Below are positions 35,720-43,253 of a stretch of 43,253 nucleotides of DNA, in pieces; the first letter of the stretch is position 1; each line of letters opens with the position of its first letter. Location of the stretch: positions 1 to 43,253 of the forward strand of contig JAFGFD010000090.1 in the NCBI GenBank assembly GCA_016931215.1. The letters run 5' to 3'. This stretch comes from Candidatus Omnitrophota bacterium (GTDB lineage: Bacteria; Omnitrophota; Gorgyraeia; JAHIPI01). Position numbers and translations under genes: made by a program. Below the pieces are notes generated by a model that saw only the letters and a list, made by a program, of their open reading frames with translations, was not told the DNA's origin and did no database searches.

Positions 35720-37021
35720 ATGGATTTATCACTAGTCATTCCGGCCCTCAACGAAAGCAAGAATCTGTCTAATCTTATTCCCAGAATCAAAAAAGCGCTG
35801 AGCAACCTTAATATAGAATACGAAATTATTATAGTTATCGGCAGCCGCGATATATTACCGACGACCTTGACAAAAGAGGGGCATGTTGTTGTTATAAAGC
35901 AAAAACATCGCGGTTTCGGAGGAGCTTTGGTATCCGGTTTTTCGGCCGCCAGCGGAAAATTTTGCATGACTATGGACGCTGATTTCAGCCATGACCCGAT
36001 TTTTATAAAAAAATTGTGGCACGTAAGGGATAAGGCTGACCTAATAGTTGCGTCGAGATTTATACGAGGATCGCGGTACGAGACGGATTTATTGCGGAAA
36101 GTACTCTCTATGCTACTGAATAAAATATTTGGCTATGGTCTGTCTATACCTTTAAAAGATATTTCAAGCGGATTCAGGCTATATAGAAGCTCAGCATTGA
36201 AATCTATTCCTTTGGACTCGCATGATTTTGATATACAGCAAGAGATACTTATTAAATTTTACATAAGTGGGTATGACGTAATAGAAATACCTTTTTTCTA
36301 TAAGATGCGCAGGTACGGTAAAAGTCACGCCAGGCTGATCGAATTCGGCATATCGTACATCAGGACTTTTCGTAAGATATTTATTTTGAGGAATTCAATC
36401 ATATCGGCAGATTACGATTACAGGACTTATTCAAGTAGGGTATTGCTGCGAAGGCATTGGCAGAGAAAGAAGTATAAAATAATTAAGTGTTTTTTATCGG
36501 ATGCAAAGAATGGCTTGGTTGCCGATATCGGCAGTGGTTCGAACAAATTAGCGGCAGATTTAAAACGCATTGTAGCGGTAGACAATGATATTCCAAAATT
36601 GCTGCATCTAAGAAAGATAAGAGGTGACGACAGTAGGTTAATAAGCGCATTCGCGGAAAGATTACCGTTTCCCGACGGCACATTTTCATGTGTTATCTGC
36701 GCAGAGGTCATAGAATACGTCAAGGGCAAAACGCTTTTTGACGAGCTAAAAAGAGTTTTGGCAAAAGACGGTTTACTTATTATAGTGACAACGGATTATT
36801 CAAGGAAGTTATGGATGGGCATAGAAAGAATAATCCATAAAATACTGTCGGGAGGTTATGTTAAAAAAAATTTCAGGCAATACACGAGAAACACCCTGAC
36901 AAAGATATTGAACGAACACAATTTTTCTATAGTTGACAAGAAATATATACTCTTTTCAGGCTTGTGCGTAAAAGCCCGAAAAGATTTACAGGAACGAGAA
37001 ATGAAACATGATGAGGCTTAG
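35720..37021 (+). CDS. Fusion protein: GT2 polyprenyl-phosphate glycosyltransferase plus class I SAM methyltransferase
   Basis: 433 aa. N-terminal LSLVIPALNESKNL ... MDADFSHDP. C-terminal VADIGSGSNKLA and FPDGTFSCVICAEVIEYV (Methyltransf_11-like). Confidence 0.8.
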   Translation: MDLSLVIPALNESKNLSNLIPRIKKALSNLNIEYEIIIVIGSRDILPTTLTKEGHVVVIKQKHRGFGGALVSGFSAASGKFCMTMDADFSHDPIFIKKLWHVRDKADLIVASRFIRGSRYETDLLRKVLSMLLNKIFGYGLSIPLKDISSGFRLYRSSALKSIPLDSHDFDIQQEILIKFYISGYDVIEIPFFYKMRRYGKSHARLIEFGISYIRTFRKIFILRNSIISADYDYRTYSSRVLLRRHWQRKKYKIIKCFLSDAKNGLVADIGSGSNKLAADLKRIVAVDNDIPKLLHLRKIRGDDSRLISAFAERLPFPDGTFSCVICAEVIEYVKGKTLFDELKRVLAKDGLLIIVTTDYSRKLWMGIERIIHKILSGGYVKKNFRQYTRNTLTKILNEHNFSIVDKKYILFSGLCVKARKDLQEREMKHDEA

Positions 37022-38743
37022 ATACATATTACCCGTCGTTGTGATAATCAGCTTGCTGTATGGACTTGTTCTTGCGAATAAAATAGACGCACCCACTTCC
37101 AGCCTCGATTGGTGGAATCTCTCTGCTGCTGAGTCCATTGTAAGCGGCGGAAAACCTTTTATAGCTGACCCGAGATTCGACCGAATAGCGTTATTGTTGG
37201 AACACCCTATTTTTTATCTTTATCTTGTGGCTCTTGTGCTTAAGATATTCGGTATAGGCATCATACAGGCGCGTGTCGTCGGTATAGCCTTCTTTTTATT
37301 CACATTTTATTCACATTGGTGCTTATATATATATTTTGCAGATCTTTCTACCCTCACAATGAATTTGCTCCGCTATTCGCGCTGCTTTTTTACGGTCTGC
37401 ACCCCATAGCAGCGCAGGGGTCTTTTATCCTTGATCTCGACAACACCGTATTGGCATTCACTACATTGCTGTTCTTCTTCATTTATATAAAGAGCTATAA
37501 CTTACCCGATAGAATAAGGACGTTGATTGTTCCCCTGGCTTTAATTGCGGTCCTATTTTCCAAATTGGTCCCCATCCCGGCTGTTGTCTTTAGCATGTTC
37601 ATAGATTATTCTGTGAGATCGAACTGGGCCAAGGGTGTAAAAGAAGTAGCGAAAATATCGATTTTAGGCATAGCGGCCTATTTTATTATAAATTCGATCG
37701 CATATTTTATATTGGGTTATGGCGATTACATATTTCAGCAATATTTATATATTGTGAATATTTTTCTTTTGCTTTTAGTAACATCTCAAACTAATGTTTT
37801 TTATCAACTGGCGCTCACAGCAGGCAGACTTATTATATGGATGTCGCCTTTTTTCCTTGTTCTATTCGCAGGCGCGGCAGTAAGGAAGTTTAAGGCTATT
37901 AGATTTGACAGAAAGGCATCTCCTGATTTTATCATAGGCATATACGCTGTACTTACCCTTATCTTATCGCTTATTACAGCCAAGCTTACATACGGTTTTC
38001 CCAAGATGCAGTCTTCCATTATGCCGATTGCGACGGTCTTTGTCGCCGGCAATTTATCTTTAAAAAGATTAGATAGAAGGGATTTTATATTGTGCGTAAG
38101 CATTTTGCTCTTTGCCGTTTTATTCTTATATTTCGCAGTAGGAGATGTACTATATGTCGTAAATTATTCAGCAAAGGAGTCACTTATTTACGGAAACAAT
38201 TTATGGTTCGAAGACATAATATTACCTCTATTGTTATATATGAGTTTCCCTATCCTTCTGATAGGGGCTTTGATGGCATTTTGCAGAAAAATACGATTCA
38301 AGGATAGCATCATCCTATCGCTGACTATATCTTTCATAGCCTCAAATATGTATATATCCGTTATACATGCAAGGGTCGATTATTTGACAGGTTTTGATTA
38401 TGGTACGAGGGGAAAAAAAGAACTGATTAGCTTTATCAAAGGTATAGCTGAGTCGCAAGATGCAATATTTGCACCTGTTGATATCTTTTACGCCTTGAAA
38501 ACCGGTGGGACAAATGTTCAATACCGAGAAGCATGGGGCCACTCTGAAAGATTCATAGATTATATTAGGACCATACAACAGGATATAATCGTTTACGGCG
38601 TTACGATCAATACCGTTTATCAATTTCAAAATACCTTACGTAACAAAAAGGTCTTAAACTTTTTAAACGGCTTTTACGATAAGAAGGACATAGGGAGTTA
38701 TTCAGTATGGGTTTCAAAAAGAAAGAAAACGGATTTACAATGA
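37008..38743 (+). pseudogene. GT-C/ArnT-like membrane glycosyltransferase split by a frameshift (track ORFs 37008-37409 and 37316-38743)
   Basis: The two ORFs are consecutive parts of one polytopic protein. Removing one copy of the 11-nt tandem duplication at 37294-37315 joins ...GIAFFLFT to LVLIYIFCRSFYP... in frame. Confidence 0.65.
37294..37315. repeat. Perfect 11-bp tandem duplication (ttttattcaca x2)
   Basis: 37294-37304 equals 37305-37315. It lies exactly at the frame switch of the GT-C gene. Confidence 0.9.
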
Positions 38744-38811
38744 CGAGGAATTAAAATACCATAGCTTTTAATAAAGAAGAGATACTCGACAGACTCAGGC
38801 GCGGATATCAG

Positions 38812-39003
38812 ATGGAAGAGGAGATGGCCGAAACATTGGTCATGTCATGCGATAAGGAAAGCATACCTTCTCTTTTATCTGAAGAACAGCAAAAAAAGGT
38901 TCGTAATATACTCTTACAGATAAGCAAACAGACAAGATTGCACAAAGAGAAGATTTCAAACATGATAGCCTATTATAGCGAGGAGAAGCGCGATGACCGA
39001 TAG
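38812..39003 (+). CDS. Small helical hypothetical protein
   Basis: 63 aa from the ATG. The frame is open back to 38755 (..NKEEILDRLRRGYQMEEEM..). The real start is uncertain. Confidence 0.3.
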   Translation: MEEEMAETLVMSCDKESIPSLLSEEQQKKVRNILLQISKQTRLHKEKISNMIAYYSEEKRDDR

Positions 39004-39193
39004 TCTATTCGAAAAGAGAATACGTCAATTATTTACAGTGGATAAAAATGCATATGAAATCTATACCGATTTATGGAAAAATATAAATGACGAGGTTGTA
39101 AGGAATGAATTAAAAATTATAGCCGAGGAAGAGAAAAATCACATGAAAGAAGAAGAGAATACATTATCATTATTAGTAGGAGATATATCGTAG
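38993..39193 (+). CDS. Small helical hypothetical protein with an ExxH motif (ferritin-like half-domain?)
   Basis: 66 aa. NAYEIYTDLWKNINDEVVRNELKIIAEEEKNHMK resembles one helix pair of rubrerythrin/ferritin-like proteins. Overlaps the previous ORF by 11 nt. Confidence 0.35.
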   Translation: MTDSLFEKRIRQLFTVDKNAYEIYTDLWKNINDEVVRNELKIIAEEEKNHMKEEENTLSLLVGDIS

Positions 39194-39933
39194 CGTCAAA
39201 TTAGAACAGCTATAACCGAATGAGCTTGCGCCGGAAAGATTATTTTACTTTTAGAAAAAATGCATACCTCCCGAAGTTTTTAACCCTTATCCATCTCCAA
39301 TTTTCTTATTTTAGTGAATATGTCTTCCAGTAAGATCCGATATGGCATTTGTTGTAGAAAAGCCGAGAGATAGTAAAGATGCTAAGGCAAGCGAAGTTGC
39401 AGGAGGGAACCAAACCATAGGAAGAGACTCGCCAGTCAAATTTGTCGTTATGCCTTTTCCTTACGTAATATGCTCGGCACAATTCAAATATAAAACGCTG
39501 TCAGAAGAGAAGCGATAGCGATCTCTAGCTATTACGGTCAAGGCCAAACAGCTTAATATAATCAGGGTTGCGATATAAAAAAATTTCGCATAACGAATCT
39601 CCCCTGCAGCGCATCTTAATTATAGATTTTGTCAGACAAAATCTCTTTTAAACACCACCTTGTCTTTAAAACATACCTTGATCTTATAATGGCGTACCTG
39701 GACTTCCATGGATTATCGTAATTCGATTCTTTAGCTCAGCATTGCTTAATGATATCCAAGTCTATTTTGAAGTATACGTTATAATTGGAAAGACGTAAAG
39801 AACAATGTCGAGACGGAGTATAAAAAACGAGCCGTTACGCTTGCTTAGCCGGGGCGCCGGTCTATTTTCCGTTTTTTGATCCTTAATATTTTTCTTGGGG
39901 TTTTATGTGTACCGTAGTATAATTTTAGATAAT

Positions 39934-40158
39934 ATGGAGTCAATACCCGGATATATAGAGTATAAACGCAGAGAATTTTGCAAGGATGTAAGATGCCCTG
40001 TTCAGTTAGAACTGGATGGCTCCGAGGAGGGTTCTGAAAATTACGAGAACATAAGAGAGATATGCAAAAAGAATTGCAAATATACTACCTATCAGTTCCA
40101 CCATTGGTTGATACAAAAAGGCTATTTGATCGTGAGGCCCGAAAGCATTAATAAATAA
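39934..40158 (+). CDS. Small four-cysteine protein, unknown function
   Basis: 74 aa from the ATG at 39934 (MESIPGYIEYKRREFCKDVRC...CKKNC). TTGGGG, 17 nt, TATAAT (39895-39923) ends 10 nt before this ATG, so the track start at 39895 lies inside the putative promoter. Confidence 0.4.
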   Translation: MESIPGYIEYKRREFCKDVRCPVQLELDGSEEGSENYENIREICKKNCKYTTYQFHHWLIQKGYLIVRPESINK

Positions 40159-40199
40159 CCCTGCATATGTAACAAAAGGCATAAAAGGAGGTATGCGAG

Positions 40200-40997
40200 A
40201 TGGATTGGGGCATGAAAAACCGGCTCAGCCGGCTCATTCAGACCGACGGACATTGTTTCTTTCTACCCATAGACCACGGGTATTTTCAGGGTCCTACAAG
40301 CTGCCTTGAGAAACCCGGCGAGACCATAAAGCCGCTTCTCCCGTTTGTCGATGCACTCTTTGTCACACGCGGAGTATTGCGTTCCTGCGTTGACGCTGTG
40401 GGCAGTAAGCCGGTTATATTGAGGGTATCCGGCGGCACAAGCATGGCGGGAAAGGATCTGGCAAATGAAGGAATCTCTACCTCCATAGAGGAGATTATCC
40501 GCCTGAACGCCTCCGCCGCAGGCGTCTCTGTATTTGTAGGCAGCGATTACGAACATCAGACGCTCCTTAATCTTGCCAAGGTCGTCAACGAATGCGAAAA
40601 CTACGGAATTCCGGTCATGGCCGTAACGGCCGTCGGCAAAGAGATGGAAAAGAGAGAAGCTCGCTATCTTGCCTTGAGCTGCCGTATTGCCGCGGAGCTT
40701 GGCGCGAAGGTGGTCAAGACATACTGGTGCGAAAAGGACTTTGATAAAGTTGTGGAAGGCTGTCCTGTACCGGTGGTCATTGCAGGTGGACCGAAATGTA
40801 ACTCAGAGATTGAAGTATTGGAATTTATCCACGACGGCATGAAAAAGGGCGCTATAGGCATAAATCTGGGCAGAAATGTATGGCAGAGTAAACATCCTGT
40901 AGCAATGGCCCGGGCCCTGCGTTCTATAGTACACGACAACGCCACAGTTAAGAAGGCCCATGATATTTTTCAGGACTCTCAAAGTCAGAAGGCATAA
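40200..40997 (+). CDS. DhnA/LsrF-family class I aldolase (LsrF-like)
   Basis: 265 aa. DWGMKNRLSRLI....LPIDHGYFQGP, GSDYEHQ, VKTYW (Schiff-base Lys region), CPVPVVIAGGPK, GRNVWQSKHPVAM. As far as I recall the E. coli LsrF sequence, this is collinear with it. SD aaggagg lies 8 nt upstream. Confidence 0.8.
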   Translation: MDWGMKNRLSRLIQTDGHCFFLPIDHGYFQGPTSCLEKPGETIKPLLPFVDALFVTRGVLRSCVDAVGSKPVILRVSGGTSMAGKDLANEGISTSIEEIIRLNASAAGVSVFVGSDYEHQTLLNLAKVVNECENYGIPVMAVTAVGKEMEKREARYLALSCRIAAELGAKVVKTYWCEKDFDKVVEGCPVPVVIAGGPKCNSEIEVLEFIHDGMKKGAIGINLGRNVWQSKHPVAMARALRSIVHDNATVKKAHDIFQDSQSQKA

Positions 40998-41992
40998 TGC
41001 TTGTAGCGAGGTATTATAATAACAGGGATATACGGCTTGAGGAACAGCCAAGGCCGCAGATAGGTCCGGGGGAGATATTGGTGGAAGTGATGGCCAGCGG
41101 TATCTGCGGGACCGATGTCATGGAGTGGTACAGGGTCAAGAAGGCGGGTTGCGTCTTGGGCCATGAGATAGCTGGTATAATCGCTGAGTCCAGATCTGAT
41201 GGGTACAACGTGGGTCAAAGAGTATTTGTAAGCCATCACGTTCCTTGTAATGATTGCAAATATTGCCGCGCCGGCAACCATACGGCGTGCGAGACACTGC
41301 ATAGCGGCAACTATGACCCGGGCGGCTATAGTGAACTCATAAGGGTCCCCAAGCTCAACGTTGAAAGAGGTATTTATCTATTGCCGGACTCCGTCTCGTA
41401 TGAAGAAGGTACGATGATTGAGCCTGTGGCGTGTGCGGTCAGGGGCCAAAGAGTCATCGATGTCAGCGAAGGACACCTTGTTTTGATACTCGGTAGCGGT
41501 GTCTCAGGGCTCATAAATATCCAGCTTGCCAAGATAAAAGGCGCAACGGTAATAGCGACGGACATAAGTGAATATAGGCTTAAGAAAGCGCAAGAATTCG
41601 GCGCAGATGAAGTCATAGACGCAAATAGGGATTTTAACGTTAAGGCGGACAGGATAATAATCTGCACGGGCGCACTTAAGGCGGCGGAGGAATCTTTCAA
41701 ATGCATAGACAGAAGCGGCGTCATACTCTTCTTTGCGATTCCGGATAAGGACGTCGCAATACCGATTGTGGATTTTTGGCGCAATGAGATAAAGATAATG
41801 TCATCTTATGGCGCGGCATCATCCGATCTCGAGGAAGCCTTGACTTTGATTGCTGGTAAGAAGATAGATGTAAAAGACATGATAACGCATAGACTGCCTT
41901 TGGAAGATATTCAGGAAGGCTTTAAGCTTGTTGCTGATGCAGGAGAGTCTTTGAAGGTTGTTTTGGGACCGCGGCGAAAAGGTCCGGCTTAA
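40997..41992 (+). CDS. Zinc-dependent medium-chain alcohol/polyol dehydrogenase
   Basis: 331 aa. GICGTDV, GHEIAG, structural-Zn cysteines CNDCKYCRAGNHTAC, GSGVSGL NAD motif. Its start overlaps the aldolase stop. Confidence 0.9.
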   Translation: MLVARYYNNRDIRLEEQPRPQIGPGEILVEVMASGICGTDVMEWYRVKKAGCVLGHEIAGIIAESRSDGYNVGQRVFVSHHVPCNDCKYCRAGNHTACETLHSGNYDPGGYSELIRVPKLNVERGIYLLPDSVSYEEGTMIEPVACAVRGQRVIDVSEGHLVLILGSGVSGLINIQLAKIKGATVIATDISEYRLKKAQEFGADEVIDANRDFNVKADRIIICTGALKAAEESFKCIDRSGVILFFAIPDKDVAIPIVDFWRNEIKIMSSYGAASSDLEEALTLIAGKKIDVKDMITHRLPLEDIQEGFKLVADAGESLKVVLGPRRKGPA

Positions 41993-42025
41993 TAGCCGGT
42001 GCCCCGTGAGACAGGAGGATTATAA

Positions 42026-42607
42026 ATGTTGAAAAACATTTTCTTATCTTTCATACCGATTTTCGTTGCCGTTGACGCTATAGGGGTACTCCCTATATAT
42101 ATTTCCCTTACGGAGGGGTTGAACAAAAAAGAAAGACTCAAGATAATATATCAGTCCGTTGTTACGGCATTATGCCTTGCAATAGGTTTTATTTTTTTGG
42201 GTAGGGCCATATTCAAATTTCTCAATATAACCGTCGGCGATTTTATGATAGCCGGCGGCGTTGTCCTCTTTTGCATAGCGATAATAGACATTGTGAACCC
42301 CAGCAAGAAAAGGCGCCAACCGAGCGGCGAATTGGGGGCGGTGCCTTTCGGCACTCCGCTCATAGTGGGACCTGCCGTGTTGACTACATCATTGATGATA
42401 ATAAGCGAATACGGCACGCCGGCCACGTTGATTTCCGTCATATCCAATGTAATATTGGCAGGGGCGATTTTCTCGACCTCCGATTATCTCATGAAGATAT
42501 TCGGGGTAACAGGTTCAAGGGCGTTATCAAAGATAACGAGCCTGCTTTTGGCCGCCATCGCGGTCATGATGGTAAGAAAGGGCGTGTTTTTGATTTTGGG
42601 TGGTTAG
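42026..42607 (+). CDS. MarC-family (UPF0056) integral membrane protein
   Basis: 193 aa. FIPIFVAVDAIGVLPIY N-terminal motif, 6 TM helices. Confidence 0.85.
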   Translation: MLKNIFLSFIPIFVAVDAIGVLPIYISLTEGLNKKERLKIIYQSVVTALCLAIGFIFLGRAIFKFLNITVGDFMIAGGVVLFCIAIIDIVNPSKKRRQPSGELGAVPFGTPLIVGPAVLTTSLMIISEYGTPATLISVISNVILAGAIFSTSDYLMKIFGVTGSRALSKITSLLLAAIAVMMVRKGVFLILGG

Positions 42608-42666
42608 TAGCCATCAGCCAAATTTTTTACATTACTATGAGAATAAAAAGAAAATGATGCTTTAAT

Positions 42667-43194
42667 ATGAAGAAAGATCTTCGTTATAGATACATACAGA
42701 AATGGACGCGTCAGGCAAGGGAATCCGAAGACCCGTATGATGTATTCATCTGTTTTTGGACTGCGATGACCATTACCGCTCAGATAGACCGTCTAAAGCT
42801 CAAGATGCACCATAAGGAAGAAGACACAAACAGAGAAAAGATATTCGATTATTTCGTGAAGAACAAACAGGAAGTGTTCCAGGTTCTAAAGAAAAACCGG
42901 GATATCATGTTGAAGCTCATAGAGATGGAGGGGCCAAAGTACAAAGACCCCATTATCGATACCGGCGACCCTGCCCTGAGAAATAGATTTAACGAGTTGG
43001 TCCTGTATTATCACGGGAAGATACCCACGTTTTCGCAGAAGAGGATGGCGGAAAACATGGCTGAGTTGGTGAGCAGGGCCCGCTATAGTATATTTCGCAC
43101 AACAGAAATACCCGACGTGGAGTATGACAAGGCGCTTCTGCAATTGCTCAACCCGCTTCTATCTGATATCGTCAAGGTGACGACAGGGTACTAA
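42667..43194 (+). CDS. Hypothetical helical protein (weak resemblance to MAE_28990-type HEPN domains)
   Basis: 175 aa. DPYDVFICFWTAM near the N-terminus and ELVSRARYSIFRTTE near the C-terminus, where HEPN families have R-x4-6-H. No His is present here. Confidence 0.4.
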   Translation: MKKDLRYRYIQKWTRQARESEDPYDVFICFWTAMTITAQIDRLKLKMHHKEEDTNREKIFDYFVKNKQEVFQVLKKNRDIMLKLIEMEGPKYKDPIIDTGDPALRNRFNELVLYYHGKIPTFSQKRMAENMAELVSRARYSIFRTTEIPDVEYDKALLQLLNPLLSDIVKVTTGY

Positions 43195-43253
43195 TATGTT
43201 ATTCCTTATGTTATGAAAATTGGTCATAGTAGGTCAATGTATTGAGAAGAAGA

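Noticed and set aside
37008-38743. Annotating 37008-37409 and 37316-38743 as two independent overlapping genes.
   Set aside because: The overlap coincides with a perfect 11-bp tandem duplication, and removing one copy fuses them in frame. The tail of the first ORF after the duplication (YSHWCLYIYFADLSTLTMNLLRYSRCFFTVCTP) looks like out-of-frame read-through.
38812-39193. The overlapping small ORF pair read as a toxin-antitoxin module.
   Set aside because: Neither protein shows a recognisable toxin or antitoxin fold or a DNA-binding motif. Both are acidic helical peptides. A split ferritin-like gene is at least as likely.
40200-40997. Calling the aldolase part of an AI-2 (lsr) quorum-sensing operon.
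   Set aside because: No lsrK, lsrG, lsrR or lsrACDB genes are adjacent. The neighbours are a Zn-dehydrogenase and MarC. Only the family assignment is supported.

Overview
This is a 43,253-bp window from an AT-leaning diderm bacterium (lipid A genes, an MsbA-type exporter and an autotransporter are present). It is probably an uncultured lineage, and I cannot assign a taxon from sequence alone.

Gene content, left to right:
- the 3' part of a large InlB-B-repeat surface protein
- lpxB plus a Gfo/Idh/MocA oxidoreductase on the minus strand, divergent from an MsbA-type ABC exporter
- the conserved rpsB-tsf-pyrH-frr block, ending in tRNA-Lys(UUU)
- archease-rtcB-serS plus a HExxH membrane protein
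- an AT-rich envelope-glycosylation island: two GT2 polyprenyl-phosphate glycosyltransferases, two GT-C (ArnT/PMT-like) membrane transferases, an SDR epimerase, an ASST-like beta-propeller and a YHS-domain protein
- tRNA-Ser(UGA)
- a Na/Pi symporter plus a PhoU-like protein
- tRNA-Ser(GGA)
- a DEAD-box helicase followed by a CX5R phosphatase, a DAG/lipid kinase, a small membrane protein and a B12-binding radical SAM enzyme
- a small lipoprotein plus TspO
- an IS3-type transposase remnant
- an orphan CheY-like receiver
- a 963-aa autotransporter with a metallophosphoesterase passenger
- a GT2-methyltransferase fusion and a third GT-C gene broken by an 11-bp tandem duplication
- a ~700-bp ORF-free stretch
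- an LsrF/DhnA-type aldolase, a Zn-ADH, MarC and a hypothetical protein

I saw no CRISPR array, rRNA or intact mobile element.

The most unusual signal is a family of three related ~135-160-nt non-coding elements. They sit immediately 3' of tRNA-Lys and, in tandem, 3' of tRNA-Ser(UGA). Each is closed by a copy of its own host tRNA's T-loop-to-CCA end. Each also carries, exactly 16 nt after the CCA, a short segment complementary to that tRNA's 3' end.
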